From Saprospiraceae bacterium (GTDB lineage Bacteria; Bacteroidota; Bacteroidia; Chitinophagales; Saprospiraceae), in contig JAHDII010000002.1 in assembly GCA_020630895.1 (NCBI GenBank), positions 1 to 44,572 on the forward strand: a DNA stretch of 44,572 bases. Direction: 5' to 3'. The translations under genes were made by a program, and so were the position numbers. This document shows positions 8,524-17,272 of this stretch, in pieces (position 1 is the first letter of the stretch; each line of letters begins with the position of its first letter). The notes under the pieces were generated by a model. That model was given only the letters and a program-made list of their open reading frames with translations. It searched no databases and was not told the origin of the DNA.

Positions 8524-8561
8524 AAACAAAATCCGCCGAACAAAACTATTTGTTCGGCGGA
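8524..8561 (-). terminator. rho-independent terminator of the sigma/anti-sigma operon
   Basis: 13-bp stem tccgccgaacaaa / tttgttcggcgga with a 4-nt loop, followed on the minus strand by AUUUUGUUU. Confidence 0.75.
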
Positions 8562-8623
8562 AAAATTTAAACCTACTTTTATAAAATCATGAGAAAGTAT
8601 AAATACTTTCCTTTGTGCCATTT

Positions 8624-10147
8624 TTAAAATCGGTAAGCTAATCCAGCTTCCAAACCGACACTGAAAGGATATGTTTGACCACCACTATTAAAAGTAGTCT
8701 TTTTTGTTAGCCCTTCAAGTGTCGGTTCTACGAAAGCCGTTAGTTCATCACTAACTCTATAGTTTAGACCTACACCCATTAAATAACTTAAAGATAATTT
8801 ATCTTTAAGGGGTTCCTTACTTATATAAGAAATATTATGAAAATATACATCTTCATCGTATGTTCTTAAATGATTTACTTTTATATCTTCTTTTAAGGAA
8901 ATATTACCTACAATTCCTCCTTTTACAGAGAAAAATAAATCTCCTCTACCTATATTATATTGAGCAATAACAGGAATTTCTAATTCTCTTTTGTTATAAC
9001 TTAATTCTGCTAACATAGGAATGTTTCTACCTTCTTCTACTATAATATTGGGTTCTCTTACAGTGTACATTTTTACATCTATATTACCTACTGAAGTTTC
9101 CATATTATATTGAGAAGGGCTATATAAATTTTCATCGGCTAAAGGTACTTCTAACTCAGATGAAAACGCCATATTACCTGCATGTCTTATATTCACACGA
9201 CTTTCATCATAACGAAGTCCTGTATAAATGCTCAAATTTTTATTAATAGAATATCCTAAACGTACTCCAATATCATAAGGTAATTCTATAGATTCATCAT
9301 AATTTACCTTTTGAGTAATAGCTGGATTAGGATTAGAATATTTATGTACGAGCATTTGTGGTGCATAACTTGCGGCTACATACCATTTTCCTCCATCCAA
9401 TTCTTTAATCTTTTTCTTTCTCTCAGCAAGTTTTATAGAAGGAATTTCTTCTTTTAAATCTACTTCTAAAGAAGGAAAACTAATAGATGGTAATGCGTTT
9501 AAGTTTGTTTTGGTCAAAAGACCCTTTTGATTTGATGTATTATTGTCTTCTATAATATCTTCTTTTACATCATTTTGAATTGTTGTTGTATTAGAACTAT
9601 TGTCTTGGTAAACTACAGTTGTATTATTATTTTCTTTTGTAGGAAGTATTGGAAAATAATTTTTTGTTGATGATGAGGAAGATTTATTTTGATTTCCTAC
9701 TGTGATTACTGGAGGTTTTTTACCATTATTTCCTAATTGGTTGACTTCAATATTTCCATTATTTCTAGTAGGAATTATTTTATTAGAATTGGTAGTATTA
9801 TTTTGATTACTAGAATATTGAGTTTCCATATAATTTTTAAATGAAGAAATTTCTTCATTTAAACTAGAAATACTTCCTTTACTTTCTTCTAATTGAGAGC
9901 TAATAGCATCTAATTTCTTTTGATACTGATAATTATTAAAGCCTAAAAATAGAATTAAACAAGCTGCAACAGCAGAGCTTGTCCATATAAATAAAGGTCG
10001 AATAATTGATTTAGATTCGGGTTTAGGAGGTATTTTGGATTCTATCCGATCCCACATATCTCCTCCTGGAATATCATTGTATCCCTGAAGGCGATCACGG
10101 AAAAAGTTTTCCAAATTATCATTATCATTATGTAGATTTTCTTTCAT
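8624..10147 (-). CDS. putative anti-sigma factor-like protein: N-terminal cytoplasmic segment, one TM helix, Asn/Ser/Thr-rich linker, C-terminal outer-membrane beta-barrel-like domain
   Basis: Lies immediately downstream of the ECF sigma gene (17-nt gap). TM segment is LFIWTSSAVAACLILFLGF. A coiled-coil-like stretch is present. The C-terminal ~260 aa have alternating beta-strand character and end in ...GLEAGLAYRF, an aromatic terminus typical of OM barrels. Confidence 0.6.
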   Translation of the reverse strand: MKENLHNDNDNLENFFRDRLQGYNDIPGGDMWDRIESKIPPKPESKSIIRPLFIWTSSAVAACLILFLGFNNYQYQKKLDAISSQLEESKGSISSLNEEISSFKNYMETQYSSNQNNTTNSNKIIPTRNNGNIEVNQLGNNGKKPPVITVGNQNKSSSSSTKNYFPILPTKENNNTTVVYQDNSSNTTTIQNDVKEDIIEDNNTSNQKGLLTKTNLNALPSISFPSLEVDLKEEIPSIKLAERKKKIKELDGGKWYVAASYAPQMLVHKYSNPNPAITQKVNYDESIELPYDIGVRLGYSINKNLSIYTGLRYDESRVNIRHAGNMAFSSELEVPLADENLYSPSQYNMETSVGNIDVKMYTVREPNIIVEEGRNIPMLAELSYNKRELEIPVIAQYNIGRGDLFFSVKGGIVGNISLKEDIKVNHLRTYDEDVYFHNISYISKEPLKDKLSLSYLMGVGLNYRVSDELTAFVEPTLEGLTKKTTFNSGGQTYPFSVGLEAGLAYRF

Positions 10148-10164
10148 CGAATCCTTTTAAAATA

Positions 10165-10701
10165 TTAAATTAAAATTTTTTCTAAAGCTTTTCTTAAATT
10201 AGCTTTAGCCCTAGATAATTGTGATTTTGATGTATTCACACTAATTCCTAATTGTTCTGATATTTCTTTATGAGAATATCCTTCAATTACATATAAATTA
10301 AAAACCACTCTATACCCTTCGGGTAATTTCTGCATCAATCGTACCAAATCTTTTGCTTCTAAATCACTTACTATATCTTCATTAGATGGTATAGCTTGAA
10401 CGGCTTCATCGGAAAAATCATTAAATACAAGATTTTTTCTTTTTCTAATATACCTCAAACAAGAATTGATAACTACTCTTCTAATCCAACCTCCAAAAGG
10501 TCCAATAGGCTTGTATTGATACAAATCAGAATATACTTTAATAAAAGCTTCTTGCATCATATCTTCTGCTTCTGCTCTATCTTTAGCATATCGCATACAA
10601 AGCCCAAAAACATCTCTTTTAAACATATTATACAGATCATACTGCGCTTTTCTTTCGCCGTTAATACATCCTTTGATAATATTTTGTTCTGTTTGTTTCA
10701 A
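10165..10701 (-). CDS. RNA polymerase ECF-type sigma-70 family factor
   Basis: Region 2 is RAEAEDMMQEAFIKVYSDLYQY...FGGWIRRVVINSCL. Region 4 is GYSHKEISEQLGISVNTSKSQLSRAKANL. The ORF track starts at 10764, but that ATG lies inside the promoter-like box. I prefer the in-frame TTG at 10701 (MKQTEQNIIKGCING...), so the start is uncertain. Confidence 0.85.
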   Translation of the reverse strand: MKQTEQNIIKGCINGERKAQYDLYNMFKRDVFGLCMRYAKDRAEAEDMMQEAFIKVYSDLYQYKPIGPFGGWIRRVVINSCLRYIRKRKNLVFNDFSDEAVQAIPSNEDIVSDLEAKDLVRLMQKLPEGYRVVFNLYVIEGYSHKEISEQLGISVNTSKSQLSRAKANLRKALEKILI

Positions 10702-10754
10702 ATGCAATGTTATTTGAACCTTTTGAAAGATTTTGATTAGGTTTGTATGCTTAC

Positions 10755-10784
10755 CTAGTACCATTTAAGATAAAAAGGTTGCAT
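10755..10784 (-). promoter_or_regulatory. candidate autoregulatory ECF-type promoter of the sigma gene
   Basis: Minus strand reads ATGCAACCTTTT-N11-GTACTAG, followed by GTAA. It is identical in sequence and spacing to the box in the three tandem units. The layout TGCAAC-N16-GTA resembles ECF -35/-10 architecture. Confidence 0.5.
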
Positions 10785-11106
10785 CAAAAGGTAATTTTTT
10801 AAAATAATTCTCTTTTTATTGTATAAAATACAAAGTTTAATAGTCAATATAATTACGAATTTAATGGTGTGTCTTATATATTTCTTTGTGATTCATAAAA
10901 CTTAATTCTTCTAAAAAGAATTTGTAATGATATTGAGTTTTTAAAACGAATACTTTCACAACATAATACAATAATGCTTTTTTTTGCTATTTCATTGTGT
11001 CAACTTAACCATTTCTTATTAAGAGCTTAACTTTTTTTTATGACTTTTGCTGTTTTTGAAGAAGTCAAAGCACCAAATTTATTTATAAAACTAAAATTGA
11101 TAAGTG

Positions 11107-11544
11107 ATGAAACAAACAATGAAAATTTTCGGTGCTACTTTAATGTTAGCTTTAATGATGAGTACAGTAGTAATGGCTCAAGATCATGTTAAAAGACAAA
11201 ATCCACAAGGAGAAAAACCTAGTCCTGAAGAAAGAGCAGAACGTATGACAACCAAAATGACTCAACATTTAGGATTGAATGATTTACAAGCAGAACAAAT
11301 TGGTATTATGAATTCTTCTTTTACTTCTAGTGTTGCAAGTATTCATGAAAGTAATTTAGAAAAAGAGCAAAAGAAAACAGCTCTAAAAGAAGCTTTTTCA
11401 AATTATGAAGGTCAAATCCAAAATGTTTTGACTGAAGAACAATTCAATAAATTTTTAAAAGCGAAAGAACGTCGTTTAGAAAAAAGAAAAGATCGTAAGA
11501 ATGGTTCTTGTTCTGGAAAAGGTAAAAAACATACAAAGCCTTAA
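11107..11544 (+). CDS. periplasmic protein with LxxxQ-type repeats (Spy/CpxP-like; possibly DUF4890)
   Basis: Signal peptide ends ...VVMAQD. Repeats include LGLNDLQAEQI and VLTEEQFNKFL. The C-terminus is basic. Divergent from the ECF sigma gene. The track start is GTG at 11104, and an ATG lies at 11107. Confidence 0.55.
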   Translation: MKQTMKIFGATLMLALMMSTVVMAQDHVKRQNPQGEKPSPEERAERMTTKMTQHLGLNDLQAEQIGIMNSSFTSSVASIHESNLEKEQKKTALKEAFSNYEGQIQNVLTEEQFNKFLKAKERRLEKRKDRKNGSCSGKGKKHTKP

Positions 11545-11570
11545 AATGGAGATAATTTCTAAAATTTAAT

Positions 11571-11607
11571 AAAAAAGTTGAAGTATTAATATGCTTCAAC
11601 TTTTTTT
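11571..11607. terminator. bidirectional terminator between convergent genes
   Basis: Stem gttgaag / cttcaac is flanked by A6 on one side and T7 on the other. Confidence 0.7.
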
Positions 11608-12337
11608 ATTGGATCATCATTAATAAAAACAATCCTAAAAAGATAGTAATGCTAAAACTAATAAGTGTTCCTATTAAAATATATTCTGTTCTCATTTGAT
11701 TGGTAGGATTGTTTAAATCTCCAAATCGAAAAACAGATTTAGCTGCTATTAAAAAACCAATAGCAGAAAAATTACTAGAAATAATAAAAGTTAAAATTAA
11801 AATTCTCTCTAGTCGTCCAATCCATTTACCTGCATCTTTCAATCCTAAATCTTCCATTTTCATAGCTTCATGCCATCTTGAAGTTGCAATTTGCATAAAA
11901 AATGACATAGGTTGATAGACTATATAATAAGCTGCTGCAATCATCAAATTTTTATAGGTTAATACATTTTTTCCAAATTCAATAAATGAATTGCCTCCAT
12001 CTAAAACTAAAGATGTTACACCTAATATTGTTAATAAATGAAAAACTTGATCTAAAATAAAAGCCCTTGATTTGTATTGTTTAAATAATCCTTTAATACT
12101 ATCTATTAACCAATGTAAAACTCCTAATAAAACAGCATAATGAATTTTAGTCCAATCAAAAATAGCAATGATTATAATATAGAAAGCAGTATGTAATAAT
12201 ACATGATATAACAGGTATTTAGATTTGAATCCTTTTTCTTTTTTTTCTTTTACCCATAAATCAGGTTGAAAACTAAAATCTGCTAATAAATGTGCAATTA
12301 ATAATAGTGGTAATAAGATTGTGTTATCCAATAGCAT
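11606..12337 (-). CDS. DUF3307-like polytopic membrane protein
   Basis: N-terminal LLIAHLLADFSFQPDLWVKEKK matches the DUF3307 pattern, and multiple TM helices are present. The start overlaps the upstream SatD-like gene by 14 nt. Confidence 0.6.
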   Translation of the reverse strand: MLLDNTILLPLLLIAHLLADFSFQPDLWVKEKKEKGFKSKYLLYHVLLHTAFYIIIIAIFDWTKIHYAVLLGVLHWLIDSIKGLFKQYKSRAFILDQVFHLLTILGVTSLVLDGGNSFIEFGKNVLTYKNLMIAAAYYIVYQPMSFFMQIATSRWHEAMKMEDLGLKDAGKWIGRLERILILTFIISSNFSAIGFLIAAKSVFRFGDLNNPTNQMRTEYILIGTLISFSITIFLGLFLLMMIQ

Positions 12338-12989
12338 GGGTTAATGAATTTTCTATTTTTTTTTCGAATCGAACTAATAATTTATCTATGGCTTCAATTC
12401 CTGCGGCTTTAAATCTTTTGGAAACTGCAGGTTGTGATATTTTAAATCGTTTTTTAGCCATTTCTTTTTGTGTTTCATGGTGTAACCAATGAGCAATAGC
12501 TGTTTCTGCGGATTCTTTAGACCAACGAGATATAATATGTTCTGCTAATAATAAAGCAGTATTAAATTCATCATCTAAATCCTTATTTTGAGAGGCTATT
12601 TTCATTCTTTCCTTAGGTTTCATTTTATCTAAGGTTCTACCTGATAAAATAAAAGCCGGACCATAAGATTGTCGTACATCTTTAGTAATAAAAGAAACTT
12701 CTCCCAATCCCATTGCAACTCTAGCATCCCATAATTCATTTTCATCATCAGGAGTGCTTACTTTCAGCATGGCTCTAAAAATCAACATTCCTCTTAATGT
12801 TTTTGAAGGATTAGTAGCTACCCACTGAAAGCTATCACCTCTATAAATATCATACTTTCCTCTTTTAATCATTTTCTTTTTTACCATTTCTAAGAAAATA
12901 CCTTTCAAAGAGTGTATTAATGCATCCTTATTTACAATATGTGTAGAGTGGACAATGTCCCCTGTTACAATTCCATTCGTTTTCATCAT
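12324..12989 (-). CDS. SatD family protein (N-terminal nucleotidyl-cyclase-like domain plus C-terminal HTH)
   Basis: N-terminal IVTGDIVHST and YRGDSFQW, with a C-terminal HTH-like FKISQPAVSKRFKAAGIEAI. Adjacency to a DUF3307 gene is the usual context for this family. Confidence 0.6.
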   Translation of the reverse strand: MMKTNGIVTGDIVHSTHIVNKDALIHSLKGIFLEMVKKKMIKRGKYDIYRGDSFQWVATNPSKTLRGMLIFRAMLKVSTPDDENELWDARVAMGLGEVSFITKDVRQSYGPAFILSGRTLDKMKPKERMKIASQNKDLDDEFNTALLLAEHIISRWSKESAETAIAHWLHHETQKEMAKKRFKISQPAVSKRFKAAGIEAIDKLLVRFEKKIENSLTHAIG

Positions 12990-12993
12990 ATTG

Positions 12994-13047
12994 CAAATAT
13001 ATAACCTTTTAGAATTATAGTCAATATTATAACCTTAAAAGGTTATA
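12994..13047 (-). promoter_or_regulatory. candidate promoter and operator of the SatD-like/DUF3307 pair
   Basis: On the minus strand TATATTTG (Bacteroidota -7 consensus TAnnTTTG) ends 4 nt before the ATG. The 9-mer TATAACCTT occurs at 13000-13008 and 13028-13036, and inverted at 13039-13047. Confidence 0.4.
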
Positions 13048-13099
13048 TATTTTTAATTAACTAAACGAATGTTAATCTTTTTTTGAATCTATTTCATTA

Positions 13100-14494
13100 T
13101 TATTTTAAGCTACCAATCATATCTTTAGGTTTTACCCATTTATCGAATTCTTTTTCTGTAAGGTAACCTAAATCTACAGCGGCTTGTTTTAATGTTGTTC
13201 CTTCTTTATGAGCTTTTTTAGCAATTGCAGATGCTTTATCATATCCTATTTTAGTATTTAAAGCTGTGACTAACATTAAGGAATTGAATAAATTGTGATG
13301 GATTCTTTCTTCATTAGGAGCTAAGCCAACAATACAATTATCATTAAAAGAAAGACAAGCATCACCAATAAGTTGAGCAGACATTAAAAAATTAAAAATC
13401 ATCATTGGTTTAAAAACATTGAGTTCGAAATGACCTGTCATTCCTCCAATATTAATAGCTACATCATTTCCGATGACTTGAGCCATTGCCATTGTTAAAG
13501 CTTCTGCTTGAGTTGGATTTACTTTACCAGGCATAATAGAAGAACCAGGTTCATTTGCAGGAATAATAAATTCTCCTATTCCAGAACGAGGACCTGATGC
13601 CAACATTCTAATATCATTACCAATTTTCATTAAAGAAACCGCTACTGTTTTTAAAGCTCCATGAGCTTCTACAATCGCATCATGAGCAGCTAAAGCTTCA
13701 AATTTATTGGGAGCAGTTTTAAAAGGAAGTTTAGTTAATTGAGCAATATGTTTAGCTACTTTTTTATCATATCCTTTTGGAGTATTTAAACCTGTACCTA
13801 CGGCAGTTCCTCCTAGTGCTAACTCACTCAAATGTTCTAATGAATTTTTAATCGCTTTCATGCCATGATCTAATTGAGATACATAACCTGAAAGTTCTTG
13901 TCCCATAGTTAAAGGAGTCGCATCCATAAAATGGGTACGTCCAATTTTAACTACTTTCATGTATTGTTTAGATTTTTTATCTAAAGTATCTCTTAATTTT
14001 TGAATACCAGGAAGCGTAATATCTACTAATTTTCTGTAGGCTGCAATGTGCATGGCTGTAGGAAAGGTATCATTAGAAGATTGAGACTTATTGACATCAT
14101 CATTAGGATGAACATATTTTTCTTTATCGGATAATTTTCCTCCATTTAATACATGGGCTCTATTAGCAATCACTTCATTCACATTCATATTAGATTGTGT
14201 ACCTGAGCCTGTTTGCCAAACGACTAAAGGAAATTGATCATCTAATTTTCCAGCAATAATTTCATTACAAACTTTACCAATTAAAGTTGCTTTCTTTTTT
14301 AATAAAACACCACATTCTGCATTGGTTAAAGCGGCAGCCTTTTTTAAAATAGCAAATGCTTGAATAATTTCACGAGGCATCATTTGTCCTCCTATTTTAA
14401 AATTTTGTTTAGAGCGTTGGGTTTGTGCAGCCCAATATTTATCAGAGGGAACATTAATATATCCTATACTATCTTTTTCTTTACGAAATTTCAT
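13100..14494 (-). CDS. fumC: class II fumarate hydratase
   Basis: 464 aa with the signature [13 protein letters not shown] and a full-length fumarase/aspartase family pattern. Confidence 0.95.
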   Translation of the reverse strand: MKFRKEKDSIGYINVPSDKYWAAQTQRSKQNFKIGGQMMPREIIQAFAILKKAAALTNAECGVLLKKKATLIGKVCNEIIAGKLDDQFPLVVWQTGSGTQSNMNVNEVIANRAHVLNGGKLSDKEKYVHPNDDVNKSQSSNDTFPTAMHIAAYRKLVDITLPGIQKLRDTLDKKSKQYMKVVKIGRTHFMDATPLTMGQELSGYVSQLDHGMKAIKNSLEHLSELALGGTAVGTGLNTPKGYDKKVAKHIAQLTKLPFKTAPNKFEALAAHDAIVEAHGALKTVAVSLMKIGNDIRMLASGPRSGIGEFIIPANEPGSSIMPGKVNPTQAEALTMAMAQVIGNDVAINIGGMTGHFELNVFKPMMIFNFLMSAQLIGDACLSFNDNCIVGLAPNEERIHHNLFNSLMLVTALNTKIGYDKASAIAKKAHKEGTTLKQAAVDLGYLTEKEFDKWVKPKDMIGSLK

Positions 14495-14542
14495 TTTAAA
14501 TAGATGTTTTAATTTATAGATGAATGAAAAATAAATACAAAT

Positions 14543-15598
14543 TTAAGATAAAGTTGAATTAAAAATATTTAATAACTGATTTGCTGCTGCAAAAGGTGTA
14601 ATTTTTTCTTCTTCTACTTTTTTTTGTAATTCTAAAAAATGCTTTTTGATTTTAGGGTGTTGATAAAATAATTGTTCTAAGCCTTCTCCTATAGTTTCTT
14701 TAAACCAATATGAATTTTGTCTTTTTCTATTTTTCAGAAAATAATGATTTTCTTGAGTAAAGGATTGATAATTGAGGATGAGTTTCCACAATTCTTGAAT
14801 TCCTTCATTTTTAAGAGCAGAACACAAAATAGTTTTTACTGTCCAATCACTTTCTTTTTTAGGAAATAAATGAATGGCATTTCTATAGGCTTGTTTAGCT
14901 TGTTTGGCTAAAACAGGATTTGTATCAGATTTATTTACAGCAATTAAATCTGCCATTTCAACAATGCCTCTTTTTATTCCTTGAAGTTCATCTCCTCCTC
15001 CTGGAAGTAATAATAACAAAAAGAAGTCGGTCATAGAATGAACGGCTATTTCTGATTGTCCTACACCAACCGTTTCTATAAAAATAGTATCATATCCAGC
15101 TGCTTCACAAAGTATAATAACTTCTCTCGTTTTTCTAGCAACGCCACCTAAAGCATCACCAGCAGGGCTAGGGCGAATAAAAGCATTTTCATGAATGGAT
15201 AATTCTTGCATTCTAGTTTTATCGCCTAAAATACTTCCTTGAGTTGTATTAGAAGTAGGATCAATTGCTAATACGGCTATTTTTTTTCCTTGCTGAATCA
15301 AATACATTCCTAAGGCTTCAATAAAGGTACTTTTCCCTACACCAGGAACTCCTGTAATACCTAGTCTAAAAGATTGTTTTGATCGAAGAGAGAGACATCG
15401 TTCTATAATTTGTTTGGCTAATAATTGATGTTCTTTTTTTGTACTTTCAATAAGGGTAATTGCTTTTCCTAAAATCATTCTATCCCCTTGCTGAATTCCT
15501 TTTATATATTCATCAACAGACAATATTTTTTTTTGTCTAGCTTCTTTAATTTTATTTTTTATGTTATTACTTTTTTTCAAAAAGATGTATTCATTCAA
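14543..15598 (-). CDS. meaB: methylmalonyl-CoA mutase-associated GTPase MeaB (ArgK/LAO transport ATPase family)
   Basis: P-loop GVPGVGKST, ETVGVGQSE, and the NKxD motif (VNKSD). Confidence 0.9.
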   Translation of the reverse strand: MNEYIFLKKSNNIKNKIKEARQKKILSVDEYIKGIQQGDRMILGKAITLIESTKKEHQLLAKQIIERCLSLRSKQSFRLGITGVPGVGKSTFIEALGMYLIQQGKKIAVLAIDPTSNTTQGSILGDKTRMQELSIHENAFIRPSPAGDALGGVARKTREVIILCEAAGYDTIFIETVGVGQSEIAVHSMTDFFLLLLLPGGGDELQGIKRGIVEMADLIAVNKSDTNPVLAKQAKQAYRNAIHLFPKKESDWTVKTILCSALKNEGIQELWKLILNYQSFTQENHYFLKNRKRQNSYWFKETIGEGLEQLFYQHPKIKKHFLELQKKVEEEKITPFAAANQLLNIFNSTLS

Positions 15599-15687
15599 AG
15601 AAGTTATTTAAAATAATATAGCAAAAATACAAAAAAAAAGATGAGTTATTTTGAAACAACTCATCTTTGAAATAGGAAGTAAATATA

Positions 15688-16137
15688 TTATCCTAGAACT
15701 CCAAATAGTAAGCCACCCCATAAAACAAGAGACACTGCAACACCTATTGCCCCAGAAATAAGAACATCTCTATCTGAACCCCAAACTAGCCAAGCAATAA
15801 GTAATCCTAATAAACTTAAAAATAAGCATAAAAGAAAAGCTCCTAAATGAAAAGAAAATCCAGCAGCTACTGCTTTTTTATTTTTCTTTTTATTAGCCTT
15901 TTTTATTTTCTTTTGAAGCATTTTTAAAGCCAATTTTTCTTTGAATTTCATTTTTCGACCATTCTCTGCTTCAAATTTTTCAGGAGTTAAATTCATTATT
16001 TTTTCTTCATCAAATTTTTCAAAATCTGCTTGAGAAAACGCTTTAGAATGTGCATTGATTTCTCCTTCAACCATTACAACACCATAAGACGTATTTATGG
16101 CAAAAAATAAGGTTATTAATAATAAATTAAATTTCAT
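15688..16137 (-). CDS. hypothetical membrane protein
   Basis: Signal peptide, Lys-rich segment KKIKKANKKKNKK, and two C-terminal TM helices. Confidence 0.5.
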   Translation of the reverse strand: MKFNLLLITLFFAINTSYGVVMVEGEINAHSKAFSQADFEKFDEEKIMNLTPEKFEAENGRKMKFKEKLALKMLQKKIKKANKKKNKKAVAAGFSFHLGAFLLCLFLSLLGLLIAWLVWGSDRDVLISGAIGVAVSLVLWGGLLFGVLG

Positions 16138-16226
16138 TTTCTACTTTTTTTATTAACCAAAACAATTTTATCGGCGTTAATATATTAATACTTATAATAT
16201 AAATAAGATTTTTAATAGTTAAATTT

Positions 16227-17051
16227 TTATTTTCCTATTTTTCCTAATTCTACTCCTTCAGAATAAGCTACTTTTATTCCATTGGCTCCCAAGGCTTGTT
16301 TTACTTTTCTTAAAGATTCTAAATGTACTTTTCCATAATCATCAGGTAAACAATAAGGACGTACTGCCAAAATAATACTATGACTATCGAATTGTTCTAT
16401 CCCAACATCTGGCAAAGGATCTTCTAATACTTCAGGAATCGTTCTGAGAGCTTCTACAATAATAGGTTTTACTTTATCAAATTCTTCTTCATAAGGCATA
16501 TAAACATTTAGATCTACTCTAATATATCCATTTGTAGAAAGATTGGTTACGATATCTCCAATCGCACTTCCGTTAGGAATAATTACTGTTTTATTATCTA
16601 AGGTTGTCATAATAGTATTGAACATTTGAATTTCAGATACTTTTCCCATTTTATCGTGAACATCAATCCAATCTCCTGTTTTATAAGGTTTAAAAACAAG
16701 AATCATGACTCCTGCTGCAAAGTTGCCTAAGCTTCCTTGTAATGCCATACCAATAGCGAAACCTGCGGCGGCTAATACAGCAACAAAAGAAGTCGTTTCA
16801 ATACCTACCATCCCTGCTACTGAAAAAATAAGTAATACTTTTAAAATAGCTCCAATCATTGATGTTAAAAAAGGTCGAATATCTTCATTTAAGCCTGACC
16901 GAATCATTGTTTTATTAATTAGAGTTTCTATTTTTTTAATAAACCATAATCCTCCAAATAAAACGACTAAAGCCAATATAAATGTAGGAGCATACTTGAT
17001 CGCTTGATCTAATAAGCCTTTTAAACTTTCTTGGATATCTTCAAAGTTCAT
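16227..17051 (-). CDS. small-conductance mechanosensitive channel (MscS family)
   Basis: Three N-terminal TM helices, then GDWIDVHDKMGKVSEIQMFNT...VIIPNGSAIG, the typical MscS beta-domain. Confidence 0.85.
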   Translation of the reverse strand: MNFEDIQESLKGLLDQAIKYAPTFILALVVLFGGLWFIKKIETLINKTMIRSGLNEDIRPFLTSMIGAILKVLLIFSVAGMVGIETTSFVAVLAAAGFAIGMALQGSLGNFAAGVMILVFKPYKTGDWIDVHDKMGKVSEIQMFNTIMTTLDNKTVIIPNGSAIGDIVTNLSTNGYIRVDLNVYMPYEEEFDKVKPIIVEALRTIPEVLEDPLPDVGIEQFDSHSIILAVRPYCLPDDYGKVHLESLRKVKQALGANGIKVAYSEGVELGKIGK

Positions 17052-17272
17052 TGTTTGTTTTTTATTTTATGATACAAAAATATTTCTTTCATATTAAAAG
17101 AGAGGCCAAAATTATATAATTAAAAATTAACATTTGATCTGCTTTAATATGATTAACATTTCAAATTTTATTGCTAAATTGCGATAGTAGTCTATCAGAC
17201 AGACTAGAAAATTAAATATCAACCTCATCTTATTAAAAAATAATCAATATTATTAATTATAAATTCAAATCA

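Noticed and set aside
10702-10764. N-terminal 21-codon extension of the ECF sigma ORF (MVLGKHTNLIKIFQKVQITLH)
   Set aside because: The ATG lies within the conserved promoter-like box, and the extension precedes the normal start of sigma region 2. It is probably 5'UTR, though this is not proven.
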